DNA of 64,000 bases from a virus, in the IMG/VR virus record IMGVR_UViG_3300044632_001218; one strand, given 5' to 3'. The position numbers and the translations under genes were made by a program. The stretch's first letter is position 1; every line of letters begins with the position of its first letter. The notes under the pieces are model-generated. The model was not told where the DNA came from. It did no database searches and worked only from the letters and a program-made list of their open reading frames with translations. Below, in pieces: positions 17,951 to 28,174 of the stretch.

Positions 17951-18291
17951 TGAATTTTGGGGAATTAATTGAACAGTGTATTAAAGAAACTGTTGATAGG
18001 GTTCTTTTTTCTGGGAAAGAAATTTCAGATATTGAATATGTAGAAACTGATAATCTTGGAGAAGTAGTTGAAAAACTTTCTATTCTTCACATTAGAACAT
18101 GGATGCTTGAAGATGCCATTCAAGAAGCAAAGACTGACTCAGAAATTGCAGAATTAAAAAGAAAGATTGATATTTGCTTTAAAGTAAAAAGGCCACGTTT
18201 GGTTCAAGCAATTAATCTTCTTGTAGATAATGCAATTGCTCAGAATAAGACTTTAAGAGAAGATTCTGTAAAATTATATAAGGGTGTCTAG
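17950..18291 (+). CDS. hypothetical protein in sugar operon
   Basis: Coupled ORF; ETDNLGEVVEKLSILHIR motif. Confidence 0.65.
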   Translation: MNFGELIEQCIKETVDRVLFSGKEISDIEYVETDNLGEVVEKLSILHIRTWMLEDAIQEAKTDSEIAELKRKIDICFKVKRPRLVQAINLLVDNAIAQNKTLREDSVKLYKGV

Positions 18292-18973
18292 TGTGGAGAA
18301 TAGATACATCTACCACCATCTTGGATTGGGGGATCATATTATTTGCAATGGAATGATTAGACATTTTTGCGAATTGTATGATCACATAACATTATTTTGC
18401 TATACTCACTATGCAAAAAATGTTAAGTATATGTTTAGAGATTTAAAAAATCTCATAATACTTGATTTTAAAACAGAACCAGAAGTTGTATCTTATATTA
18501 CTCAGAATAATCTGCAGAAAGATTTAATTAGAATAGGATTTGAAAACCTACATCAACACTTAACATACACTACTTTTGATAAAGCTTTTTATACATTAGC
18601 AGGATTGGATTTTGATATTAGATTTTCTAAATTTTATTTACAAAGAGATTATTCTAGAGAGGAAGAATTAGTAAAAACATTAAACCCAACTGGAGAACCA
18701 TATGCTTTTGTTCATGATGACCCAGATAGGGGATATAGTATTGACATAGATTGTGACTACAATATCATTAGGAATGATAAAAGATTTTTACTATTTGATT
18801 ACATTAGTTTATTGGAAAATGCAGAACAGATACATTTGATGCAATCTTCTTTTAAAGATATGATTAATTCTTTCAAAATGAATAAACCAAAAATATATCA
18901 GCATAATTATGTTAGAAACTATCCTAAATCAATACACTCAGTAGGATTAAATTACATAGAGGAAATTAATTGA
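18284..18973 (+). CDS. putative glycosyltransferase-like protein
   Basis: HHLGLGDHII N-terminal motif; operon context. Confidence 0.45.
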   Translation: MSSVENRYIYHHLGLGDHIICNGMIRHFCELYDHITLFCYTHYAKNVKYMFRDLKNLIILDFKTEPEVVSYITQNNLQKDLIRIGFENLHQHLTYTTFDKAFYTLAGLDFDIRFSKFYLQRDYSREEELVKTLNPTGEPYAFVHDDPDRGYSIDIDCDYNIIRNDKRFLLFDYISLLENAEQIHLMQSSFKDMINSFKMNKPKIYQHNYVRNYPKSIHSVGLNYIEEIN

Positions 18974-19653
18974 TGAAAATACTTTATTGCATTAAAACTA
19001 CAGAGAGGTATCAAAATAGAAGAGATTCTATTAAAGATACTTGGTTAAAAAACGTTGATGATTATCTTTTTTATTCAGACCATGAAGATTTGGATAATAG
19101 TATAATTAAAGTTTGTGAAGATTCTTCTTATGGTGGATTAGAAGAAAAGGGTGTAAATTTTTATAATCTGCTCAAAGACATAGAAATTCAAAGTGAAAAA
19201 AATGTTTTGGAGTATTATGATTGGTTATTTTTAGTAGATGATGATACTTTTGTTAATACTAAAAATTTAAATGATTTTGCTCAAGGTGCTGATGAGAGTA
19301 AAGGTTATGGGGAAATATTTACATATGAAACACATCCTGACAATCCTATGTTTAGTTCGCCATCATTTAAAAAATCATATAAATGGTACTCTGGTGGAGC
19401 TGGTTTGTTAGTCAGCACAAAGACTATTAAAAGTATAAATGAATTTATTAATTACAATACTAGACATGATGATGTTAGTATTGGTCTTACTTTTTTTAAT
19501 AATGGAGTTGAGTTAGTAGATTCTAATAATTTTAATTCACAACCTCCAGAATTCTGGGGAGAAACAGATTTGGATATAAAAAATAAAATTACATATCATC
19601 ACATAGATGAAAATAAAATGTTAGATCTTTATAAAGTTTTGCAAAATGACTGA
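18973..19653 (+). CDS. GT31/Fringe-like glycosyltransferase
   Basis: WLFLVDDDTFVN, SGGAG, DDVSIG, ITYHH. Confidence 0.75.
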   Translation: MKILYCIKTTERYQNRRDSIKDTWLKNVDDYLFYSDHEDLDNSIIKVCEDSSYGGLEEKGVNFYNLLKDIEIQSEKNVLEYYDWLFLVDDDTFVNTKNLNDFAQGADESKGYGEIFTYETHPDNPMFSSPSFKKSYKWYSGGAGLLVSTKTIKSINEFINYNTRHDDVSIGLTFFNNGVELVDSNNFNSQPPEFWGETDLDIKNKITYHHIDENKMLDLYKVLQND

Positions 19654-20521
19654 AGTTAAAAAAATATGTTTTTTTAATCATTACCATAATGGTGATTTGT
19701 TCAACAGCAAATCTTTTATAGAAGAAATTATTTCTAATATAAACTTAAAATATTACTATGCACATTCAAATCAATCTATAGTTCTTTCTGATTTAAATGC
19801 AGAATATTTAGAAATCCCAAACATTTCCCATTCTGAAAAATTTTTAATAGACAATGATATTTTGTACGTTAATACTTGGATAGGATGTTATTTTGATTCT
19901 AATAAACCTTTTAATGGAGAATGTACTTTAAGATTTTCTTATCAAATGTTTGGAGAAATATATGAATATCTTAATTCATTATTTTTGTCTGATTTGAAAT
20001 TAAAGTCCATTGAGGAATATTTTTCTTTTGTGGATTATTCTAAGTTTAATCTTTTGAATGTAGATGAGTTTGTAAATCAATTTCTTCAAAAGAAAATTTT
20101 ATTTTCTAATGGTCCATGTTTATCTGGACAATGTAATTACTATGGAGACATGTCAAGTATTATTGAAACATGTGCTAAAAAAAATGAAGATAAAATTTTT
20201 GTAGTAACGCACAAATTTAATACTGATGTTCAAAATATAAAATTTACAGATGATATTTTAAATTTAAATAGATGTGACTTAAATGAAATTTCTTATATTT
20301 CAACTTTTTGTGATATAATTATTGGTAGAAATTCTGGACCATTTTGTTTTTCTATGACAAAAGAAAATGTCTTAAATCCACAAAAAACATTTTATGCTTT
20401 TGGGAATAAAGAGACTGATTGTTTTTGTTATGGAGTTGATATTAATTGTGAATTTGTTTTTGAATACTTTGAAAGTTTGGAGCAAATTGAAGAAACCATT
20501 TTATCTTTAGTTAAAGTATGA
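19646..20521 (+). CDS. hypothetical, possibly GT-B-like glycosyltransferase
   Basis: HYHNGDLF N-terminus, IIGRNSGP; operon context. Confidence 0.45.
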   Translation: MTEVKKICFFNHYHNGDLFNSKSFIEEIISNINLKYYYAHSNQSIVLSDLNAEYLEIPNISHSEKFLIDNDILYVNTWIGCYFDSNKPFNGECTLRFSYQMFGEIYEYLNSLFLSDLKLKSIEEYFSFVDYSKFNLLNVDEFVNQFLQKKILFSNGPCLSGQCNYYGDMSSIIETCAKKNEDKIFVVTHKFNTDVQNIKFTDDILNLNRCDLNEISYISTFCDIIIGRNSGPFCFSMTKENVLNPQKTFYAFGNKETDCFCYGVDINCEFVFEYFESLEQIEETILSLVKV

Positions 20522-21225
20522 TTAGCATTGTTACTGGTACACTCAATAGGGGACCACTCCTTCAAAGATTGATAGAAAATACAGTTGAAGCAAACGAGAA
20601 ACTTGAACTAGTATTGGTTGATGGTGGAAGCACTGATGGGACCATTGAGTATATTAAAGAAGAAAATCATCCAAGAATTAAACTAATTGAAGTTGGGCAA
20701 AGAAGTCCTTATCCACACTTTATGAATCTTGGAATACAAAATGCATCACATGACATAGTTTGTCAGTGGAATGATGATGTTCTTTTATCTAATGATTGGG
20801 AAGAAATATTTCAAGAAATAGATGATGAGCATGATTTTTATTTGTTCAATTGGAAATATGGCAATGTTTCTGATATGACTGATGAAACTTGGTTATCTGG
20901 CGATGACCATCAGAATAATTGGTGTTTACTTAATAATAAACCTGATGGTGAGATTGTTATGAATTATGGATTATATAAAAAGAAAATCTTTAGAGAAGTT
21001 GGAATGTATAATTTTGAGTATAGATATTATTGCGCTGATGGTGATATGGCTGATAGGGCATATGAGTTTGGGTATAAAGTAAAAACACTGAAGAATATAA
21101 AAATTTGTTCTTTAATAGCAGATAAAGTAGCACAACATTTTTCTGGGGACCAAGAAATATACCAAAAGAATTTAAGTTTACATAAACAAAAAGTATTGCC
21201 AGATTCACTTGAGTTTTTATTATAA
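20518..21225 (+). CDS. GT2 glycosyltransferase
   Basis: LVDGGSTDGT, NLGI, WNDD, YCADGD. Confidence 0.85.
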   Translation: MISIVTGTLNRGPLLQRLIENTVEANEKLELVLVDGGSTDGTIEYIKEENHPRIKLIEVGQRSPYPHFMNLGIQNASHDIVCQWNDDVLLSNDWEEIFQEIDDEHDFYLFNWKYGNVSDMTDETWLSGDDHQNNWCLLNNKPDGEIVMNYGLYKKKIFREVGMYNFEYRYYCADGDMADRAYEFGYKVKTLKNIKICSLIADKVAQHFSGDQEIYQKNLSLHKQKVLPDSLEFLL

Positions 21226-22034
21226 TGGAAAAGTATAAAATTAATTTAGTAGGTGATTCCTTTACACATCTTACTGGTGGTAATAAAGGATATTCTGTGG
21301 CAGGAAAAGAATCTAAGTTTGTTCAATGGGTAAAAGATGATTCTCTTCCTGAAACAGTTTATGTTGATGCTTGGATCAATCAAGCATTTACTGATAAAAT
21401 TTCTGGAATTAAATATGCTTGGTTATTAGAGTCCAAGTGTGTAACACCAGACATTGTAGATGAGGTTAAATTCAATTATGAAGAATATTTTAAAGTATTC
21501 AAATATATTTTTACTCATAATAAAGAACTATTAAATCTTGATGATAGATTTAAGTGGTGTCCTGCTAATGGTTTTTGGATTAAAGAACCAAAGATTTATG
21601 AGAAAAGTAAAATGATCTCCATGATCTCATCCAATAAAAATTTTACAGAAGGTCATTTAAAAAGGTTAGAGTGGTTATCGAGGATTAGTGATCAGGTAGA
21701 TGTCTATGGTAGAGGATTTAATGAAATAGAATTCAAAGAAGAAGGTCTATGTGATTATATGTTTTCTGTTGTAATTGAAAATGGATTTTATGAGTCGTAC
21801 TTCACTGAGAAGATTCTTGATTGTTTCGCTACTGGTACTATTCCTGTTTATTTGGGATCTCCAGACATTAAAAACTATTTTAATGAAGATGGAATAATTT
21901 TCTTAACTGATGAATTTGACGTATCTGAAGAAATATATTATAGTAAAATGGATGCTATTAAAGATAATTTGAAAAGGATAGAAGAAATTGAAGTCCTTGA
22001 AGATTTTATCTACAAACAATATTTGGAGAAATAA
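21225..22034 (+). CDS. GT10 fucosyltransferase-like protein
   Basis: YMFSVVIEN...YFTEKILDCFATGTIPVYLG. Confidence 0.7.
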   Translation: MEKYKINLVGDSFTHLTGGNKGYSVAGKESKFVQWVKDDSLPETVYVDAWINQAFTDKISGIKYAWLLESKCVTPDIVDEVKFNYEEYFKVFKYIFTHNKELLNLDDRFKWCPANGFWIKEPKIYEKSKMISMISSNKNFTEGHLKRLEWLSRISDQVDVYGRGFNEIEFKEEGLCDYMFSVVIENGFYESYFTEKILDCFATGTIPVYLGSPDIKNYFNEDGIIFLTDEFDVSEEIYYSKMDAIKDNLKRIEEIEVLEDFIYKQYLEK

Positions 22035-22664
22035 ATGAGCACATTAGTTTATATTGGAACCAATGAAGGTGATGGACTAAAAGAATACATTAATCTGTAT
22101 GATAGTGTTTATGCATTTGAACCTGATCCTGAAATTTTTAATATTTTGAAAAATAGGTTTGCAGATTGTGAACACGTAACTTTTATTAATGCAGCTTGCT
22201 CAGAAACAGAAGGTGTTAAAACACTTTATGTAACTGAAAATAGACATTCAACTTCCCTATCAGAATTGTCTGAATTTTCTTTGACTAAAGGATTTTCTGG
22301 AGGTAAAGCATCATTTAAAACCTTTGATGTCAATACCATTAATCTTAATAATTTTCTTAGTGAAAATGGCATTGATCATATTGATACTTTGATTACTGAT
22401 TGTCAAGGGAGTGACCTTTCAATTCTTACTACAATTAAATCTTTTATTGATGATGGAAAAATTAGTGAGATCTTTTGCGAAACACATGCAAATTCTGTAG
22501 AACTTTATGAAGGTCTTTATAATCAGTATGATGGATTTAAGGAATTACTTTCTCATAATTATGAAGTAAAAGATTTCTATCTTGATGGAAAACTTATGTC
22601 TAAAGATGGAGAACCTTTTGTTGAGTGGGATACTCATTGGATTTTGAAAAATGATATCATTTAA
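22035..22664 (+). CDS. FkbM-family methyltransferase
   Basis: YIGTNEG, VYAFEPDP, IDTLITDCQGSD. Confidence 0.75.
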   Translation: MSTLVYIGTNEGDGLKEYINLYDSVYAFEPDPEIFNILKNRFADCEHVTFINAACSETEGVKTLYVTENRHSTSLSELSEFSLTKGFSGGKASFKTFDVNTINLNNFLSENGIDHIDTLITDCQGSDLSILTTIKSFIDDGKISEIFCETHANSVELYEGLYNQYDGFKELLSHNYEVKDFYLDGKLMSKDGEPFVEWDTHWILKNDII

Positions 22665-23451
22665 TCAATTAGGAAATTTAGGACGACTTGGAAATCAAAT
22701 GTTTCAGTATGCCTCTTTGAGAGGTATTGCTGCGAATAGGGGATTTGATTTTTGTATTCCACCAAAAAGTTATTTTGGTGTTGTTGACCCTAATGTAAAA
22801 AACTCTAATGTTGATATTCATAATACATTTAACATTTCTCATACACAAACTGAAGTAACACATTATAAATCTGTTGAAGAATCTTTATATGGATTTGATG
22901 AAGAACTTTTCAACAACTGCGAAGATGAAATAGATTTGGTTGGATACTTCCAGTCAGAGAAATACTTTAAACACATTGAAGAAGACATTAGAAAGGACTT
23001 TACATTTTCAAAAGAACTTGTAAAAAATTGTTCTGATTTTATTGATGAGATTGATTCTAATAGAGAAGTTATTTCATTGCATATCAGACGTGGTGATTAC
23101 TTAAGTTTGCAATCATTTCATCCTACGCCACCAATAGAGTATTATGAGGAAGCATTAAAACAACTTCCAAATTCTCCAGTTCTTATTTTTTCAGATGACC
23201 CTGAATGGTGTTTAAACCAACCTTTGTTTGAGTCTGATAGATTTTTAATTTCCGAATTAAATACTGCTGACTTTGATATGTGTATAATGACCATGTGTAA
23301 ATATCACATTATGGCTAACTCATCATTCTCTTGGTGGGCATCTTGGTTATCTAAAAGTGAAAATGTTATTGCTCCAAAGGTTTGGTTTGGACCTTCATTG
23401 TCCCATAAAGATACTTCTGATTTATATTGTGATGGGTGGATAAAACTATGA
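22651..23451 (+). CDS. GT11 alpha-1,2-fucosyl/colitosyltransferase
   Basis: GRLGNQMFQYA, GYFQSEKYF, HIRRGDY, FSDD, ANSSFSWW. Confidence 0.9.
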   Translation: MISFNQLGNLGRLGNQMFQYASLRGIAANRGFDFCIPPKSYFGVVDPNVKNSNVDIHNTFNISHTQTEVTHYKSVEESLYGFDEELFNNCEDEIDLVGYFQSEKYFKHIEEDIRKDFTFSKELVKNCSDFIDEIDSNREVISLHIRRGDYLSLQSFHPTPPIEYYEEALKQLPNSPVLIFSDDPEWCLNQPLFESDRFLISELNTADFDMCIMTMCKYHIMANSSFSWWASWLSKSENVIAPKVWFGPSLSHKDTSDLYCDGWIKL

Positions 23452-24098
23452 GAACTTTGAATGATTATTTTGACAAGATTTATTGTATTAATCTTGATGA
23501 TAGAAAAGATAGAATGGTAGATACTGTAAAGCAATTCCATAAACATAACCTTTGGGTGGAGAGAGTTCCTGGAATTAAAGGTTCAGATATGAACCTTGAT
23601 TTTCCTCCAGAAATTAAAGAAGGTGCAGTTGGATGTGCACTGTCTCAATTGTTTACACTTAAGTTAGCAAAGCAAGTTAATGCGAAAAAGTTTTTACTCC
23701 TTGAGGATGATATTGAATTTGATGAAGATTTAAATAGCAAGTTCAATAAGTATTATGCTGAAGTTCCAAATGATTGGGATATGTTGTATCTTGGTGGGCA
23801 GCATTTTCATGGAATGAATCTTACCCAAGTATCTGAACATATTTACAGATGTGAATATACTTTGGCAGCACATTCTGTTGCTTTTAAGTATACAGTTTAT
23901 GATAGGTTTATTAATAAACTTGTAGATATTACCAAACCCTGTGATGTTCATTATGCAGAATCTCATAAAGAAATTAATGCATATGTTATTGTTCCTCACT
24001 TAACATGGCAAAGAGAAAGTTATTCTGATATTGAAAAATTTAATGTAGATTATTCTTTCCTGAAGGATCATAGATATCCACAGTGGGGCAAGCCATGA
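23448..24098 (+). CDS. GT25 glycosyltransferase
   Basis: YCINLDDRKDR, GCALS, LLEDD, WDMLYLG. Confidence 0.8.
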   Translation: MRTLNDYFDKIYCINLDDRKDRMVDTVKQFHKHNLWVERVPGIKGSDMNLDFPPEIKEGAVGCALSQLFTLKLAKQVNAKKFLLLEDDIEFDEDLNSKFNKYYAEVPNDWDMLYLGGQHFHGMNLTQVSEHIYRCEYTLAAHSVAFKYTVYDRFINKLVDITKPCDVHYAESHKEINAYVIVPHLTWQRESYSDIEKFNVDYSFLKDHRYPQWGKP

Positions 24099-24829
24099 CT
24101 AAAGTATTATCATATTGTGTATATGGAGATGTTCCAAAATATACATTGGGTGCTATTAGAAATGCAGAAACTAAAGATGATTATTTTCCAGATTGGGAAA
24201 TGAGAATGTATCATGATGATTCTGTTCCTGTTGATATTTTGAAACAACTTGAAAAATTAAATGTAAATTTAATTGATATAACTAAAGAAATATCAGGCAT
24301 TTATTATCCAACAAAAGATGAATCAAAAACATATGGTATGTTTTGGAGATTTGTTCCTGCTGGAGATGACACTGTAGATTATTTTGTCTCAAGAGACACT
24401 GATTCAAGATTTTCTGAACGAGAAGTTTTAGCAGTTAATGAATGGATAGATTCTGAACAACCATTTCATATTATTAGGGAACATCCGTGGGGTCATACTT
24501 GGGTAATCAACGGTGGTATGTGGGGTTGTGAGGGGGGATTTATAGAAAACATAGACCAATCAATCAAGGACTATTTGCAGACAAGTAAATGGGCACATGA
24601 GCAAGCTGCAGATCAATGGTTTCTCAAAGAGTGTATATATCCTGTTGTAAAGGATTATGCGTTTATTACAGATGAGTTTATAAATTATGAAGGAAGATCT
24701 GTATCTATTAAAAGAGATAGAGCATTGGATGATTTTGCTTTTATTGGAGAACCATTTGATGAAAATGAAATCTACGATCAAAGTCATAGAGATTTAATAC
24801 AACAATACTATAATCAACTTAAAAGATGA
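24095..24829 (+). CDS. putative GT-A glycosyltransferase-like protein
   Basis: MFWRF, VSRDTDSR (DxD), GGMWG, DQWFL. Confidence 0.55.
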   Translation: MTKVLSYCVYGDVPKYTLGAIRNAETKDDYFPDWEMRMYHDDSVPVDILKQLEKLNVNLIDITKEISGIYYPTKDESKTYGMFWRFVPAGDDTVDYFVSRDTDSRFSEREVLAVNEWIDSEQPFHIIREHPWGHTWVINGGMWGCEGGFIENIDQSIKDYLQTSKWAHEQAADQWFLKECIYPVVKDYAFITDEFINYEGRSVSIKRDRALDDFAFIGEPFDENEIYDQSHRDLIQQYYNQLKR

Positions 24830-25704
24830 AAAGTTTAGTTACTGGGGGTGCTGGTTTTATTGGTTCCAATCTTGTCAACAGGTTGGTTGAAATAGGACAT
24901 GATGTTATTGTTTTGGATAGAGTGTATCCAAAAGTAAAAAATAAAAATGCACAATACTATCTTCAAGATTTGTCAGAAAGATATACAAAGTATCTTCACT
25001 TATTTGAAGGTGTAGACAATGTATTTCATTTAGCTTCAGAGGTTTCTATTCCATATTGTGTGGAGAAGCCAAATGAAAGTATGTCTAATAATGTATTATC
25101 TACTATGAACTCTTTGGAGTGTTCAAGAATTCATAATATTAAGAAGTTTATATTTTCCTCAACTTCTGCTGTTTATGGAAATACCTTGTTTATTCCAAGC
25201 ATAGAGACAAACCAAGTTCATTGTATGAATACATATTCAATATCAAAGTATACTGGTGAACAACTTTGTAAAATGTATTATGAGTTGTATGGTATCAAAA
25301 CAATAATCTTTAGATACTTTAATGTTTATGGTGAAGGTAATCCCAAAACAGGTCAATATGCTCCAGTAATGTCCATCTTTGAAAATCAAAAACGCAATAG
25401 TGAACCATTAACTATTATTGGAGATGGGTATCAGACAAGAGACTTCGTTCATGTGTCTGATGTAGTTTTGGCAAACATCCTTGCTTCACAAAGAGAGCTA
25501 AAAAATTATGGTGAAGTTTATAATGTAGGCACTGGAAAAGGTATAGAAATCAAAGAAATAGCAGACCTTATTTCACATTATCAAATGAGTATTCCAGAAC
25601 GTCCTGGAGAGGTATTGCATTCTAGAGCATCTATTGATAAAATTAAGAATGATTTGGGGTGGAATTACAGTATAAATGTTTTGGACTGGATTAAAAATAA
25701 ATGA
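24826..25704 (+). CDS. NAD-dependent nucleotide-sugar epimerase/dehydratase
   Basis: TGGAGFIGS, SSTSAVYG, YSISK, RYFNVYG, RDFVHV. Confidence 0.9.
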   Translation: MKSLVTGGAGFIGSNLVNRLVEIGHDVIVLDRVYPKVKNKNAQYYLQDLSERYTKYLHLFEGVDNVFHLASEVSIPYCVEKPNESMSNNVLSTMNSLECSRIHNIKKFIFSSTSAVYGNTLFIPSIETNQVHCMNTYSISKYTGEQLCKMYYELYGIKTIIFRYFNVYGEGNPKTGQYAPVMSIFENQKRNSEPLTIIGDGYQTRDFVHVSDVVLANILASQRELKNYGEVYNVGTGKGIEIKEIADLISHYQMSIPERPGEVLHSRASIDKIKNDLGWNYSINVLDWIKNK

Positions 25705-26483
25705 CTGATACATCTACAGTGAGAAAAAAACTTAAAGGGATGGGTCCAATTCTTTGGATTAATCTTGATACTGAAACTAACAGACAAGAACATATGACAA
25801 GTTTGTTAGATTTCTATGAGATTCCTCATACAAGGATTTCTGCCATTGATGCTAGGGGTGATAATGATGTTAGCGATCTTTTGGTAGGAAGATACCCAGA
25901 AATGATTACTCAAGGTGAACTTGGTTGTACAATGTCGCACCTAAAAGCAATTAAATATTTTTATGAAGAAACAGATTTAGATTACATTATTATATGTGAA
26001 GATGATATTGTGTTTGATACAGTCCCTTATTGGCCTTTCACTTGGAGTGGATTTATTTCTCATGCTCCATATGATTGGGATGTATTACAATGTGCAATTA
26101 CCAGCACTAAAAATTTGAGAGCAAATCTTCATCCAAGATTAATTAATGATTTTTGTGCAGCATTTTATATAATTACAAGACATCATGCAGCAAAGATTCT
26201 GAAGTTGCACGTAAGGGGTGATAAGTTTAGGTTGGACCAAAAATTGAAACCAAGAGCAACATCTGAAGAAATTATCTACAATACAGGCAGAACATATTCA
26301 ATGCCTTTGTTTACTTATAGATATGACTTTGACTCTGGTATTCATCAAGACCATATTGAAATTTTCCATAAAAATAATGTAGAGGGAGTTTTAAACTTTT
26401 GGAAAAGTAGATCTCCAGAAATGGGAACACAACAATTATTAGATTATGATTACTATGGTTTTTGGGAACCTTTGGTGGGTTGA
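25701..26483 (+). CDS. GT25 glycosyltransferase
   Basis: WINLD...RQEHM, GELGCTMSH, ICEDD. Confidence 0.8.
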   Translation: MTDTSTVRKKLKGMGPILWINLDTETNRQEHMTSLLDFYEIPHTRISAIDARGDNDVSDLLVGRYPEMITQGELGCTMSHLKAIKYFYEETDLDYIIICEDDIVFDTVPYWPFTWSGFISHAPYDWDVLQCAITSTKNLRANLHPRLINDFCAAFYIITRHHAAKILKLHVRGDKFRLDQKLKPRATSEEIIYNTGRTYSMPLFTYRYDFDSGIHQDHIEIFHKNNVEGVLNFWKSRSPEMGTQQLLDYDYYGFWEPLVG

Positions 26484-26513
26484 CAAAATAAAATTTTTAG
26501 GATAATATAAATA
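26480..26513 (+). promoter_or_regulatory. overlapping early (sigma70) and late promoters for the porin
   Basis: TTGACA(26480)-N17-TAATAT(26503) and TATAAATA at 26506-26513. Confidence 0.7.
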
Positions 26514-26576
26514 CGTACTTGAAATCTAATAGTTAGATTTCTTAACAATTGTAGTTTAGTACTAAAAAAAATTTTT

Positions 26577-28058
26577 ATGAATTTTCTCAAACAACTAATG
26601 CTCGTGCCTGTTGCACTGGGTCTTGTTGCTCCTGCTGTGAATGCTGCAGAACTCAATAATGAGGATGTCAACAAGTATGCCTCAGTACAACAAGTTACCA
26701 GCATTACACAATTCTCTGATATCCAACCCACTGATTGGGCTTATCAGGCACTTGGCAATCTTGTAGAACGTTATGGTTGTGTGGCAGGTTATCCTAATGG
26801 CACCTTTGTTGGTCGTCAGGCAATGACTCGCTTTGAAGCAGCTGCCCTTCTCAATGCTTGCTTGGATCGTGTAACTGAAACTACTGATGAACTCAAAAAA
26901 CTCCTTGCTGAGTTTGATGCAGAACTCACAGTGATTACTTCTCGTGTAGATGGTCTTGAAAGTAAAGTTGGGCAACTTCAAGCAACCCAATTTTCTACTA
27001 CAACCAAACTTAAGGGTGAAGCTAGCTTTGTTCTTGGTGGAGTTCCTGGTTTAAAAACAAATGATGGTGGAAACGTTGGCAACACCGCATTTAACTATGA
27101 CCTTCGTCTGAACTTTGATACTTCATTCACAGGTAAGGATTTGCTTCGTACTCGTATTCGTTCTGGTAACTTCAGCAGTGATCCTTTTGGTTCAAGTTCT
27201 TCTCTGTTCAAACTGGACAAGGCAGAAACTTATGAGAACCAAGCAGTCATTGATCGTCTTTACTATCAGTTCCCAGTTACTAACAGTGTAACTCTGACTG
27301 CTGGTCCTCTGGTTCGTAACACAGAGATGGCTTGGATTCCTTCTGCTTATAAGTCAGATATCCTTGACTTCTTCCAACTTGGTGGTGCCTCTGGTGTCTA
27401 TAACAAGGCAACTGGTGCTGGTTTTGGTGCTCAGTGGAAACAACCTACTCAAAAAGGTAAAGGTGGATTTCTTGTTAACCTGAACTATGTTGCTCAAAAT
27501 GGCGACAATAGTGATACTGGTGTGTTCAATGCAGATGGTGCTCTGAACTTTATGGGTCAAGTAGGTTATCGTGCTCCTCAGTGGGGTGCTGCTGTAGCTT
27601 ACAGGTATGGTACTGAAGGTTCTCGTGTTCGTACCTTCAACTCTCTTGGTGGTGGTTCTGCTGCCCTTGTGTCTGGTCAATCCAGCAACAGCATTGCTTT
27701 AAATGCTTACTGGCAACCACAAGATTCAGGTATTGTTCCCTCAGTTTCTGTGGGTTATGGATACAATGAAATTGATGGTACTGGTTCTAAAAAGGGTGCT
27801 ACCAATTCTGATTCCTGGTTCGTTGGGCTTCAGTGGTCTGATGTGTTTGCTAAGGGTAATTCTGCTGGAGTTGCTTTTGGTCAACCTGGAAATTCTGAGA
27901 ACATTAGTGATGATGCTCAAATGCTTGAAATTTTCTACAAGTATAGAGTGTCTGATAACATCAGCATCACTCCTGCTCTCTTCTACATCAGCAACAACCA
28001 AAGATTCCAAAATGAATCTGCTTGGGGTGGCGTAGTCCAGACAACCTTCAAGTTCTGA
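26577..28058 (+). CDS. cyanobacterial SLH-domain outer-membrane porin (Som/OprB-like)
   Basis: Signal peptide; FSDIQPTDWAYQAL...GCVAGYP...TRFEAAALL SLH; FSTTTKLKGE; C-terminal TTFKF. Confidence 0.92.
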   Translation: MNFLKQLMLVPVALGLVAPAVNAAELNNEDVNKYASVQQVTSITQFSDIQPTDWAYQALGNLVERYGCVAGYPNGTFVGRQAMTRFEAAALLNACLDRVTETTDELKKLLAEFDAELTVITSRVDGLESKVGQLQATQFSTTTKLKGEASFVLGGVPGLKTNDGGNVGNTAFNYDLRLNFDTSFTGKDLLRTRIRSGNFSSDPFGSSSSLFKLDKAETYENQAVIDRLYYQFPVTNSVTLTAGPLVRNTEMAWIPSAYKSDILDFFQLGGASGVYNKATGAGFGAQWKQPTQKGKGGFLVNLNYVAQNGDNSDTGVFNADGALNFMGQVGYRAPQWGAAVAYRYGTEGSRVRTFNSLGGGSAALVSGQSSNSIALNAYWQPQDSGIVPSVSVGYGYNEIDGTGSKKGATNSDSWFVGLQWSDVFAKGNSAGVAFGQPGNSENISDDAQMLEIFYKYRVSDNISITPALFYISNNQRFQNESAWGGVVQTTFKF

Positions 28059-28080
28059 TAATCACTCCCAAAATGAGTGA

Positions 28081-28107
28081 AAGCACCCCCCAAAGGGGTG
28101 CTTTTTT
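28081..28107 (+). terminator. intrinsic terminator
   Basis: AAGCACCCC-ccaaa-GGGGTGCTT followed by a T-tract. Confidence 0.85.
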
Positions 28108-28137
28108 CTTAACCAAATCTTAGTTGATTTTATATTT
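28108..28137 (+). promoter_or_regulatory. candidate Pho box (SphR/PhoB)
   Basis: CTTAACCA-AAT-CTTAGTTG direct repeats at 11-bp spacing, plus a weak third copy, upstream of pstS. Confidence 0.55.
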
Positions 28138-28174
28138 TCTTCAAATAGAATTATCTTGTAGTTATTCACTTTTT

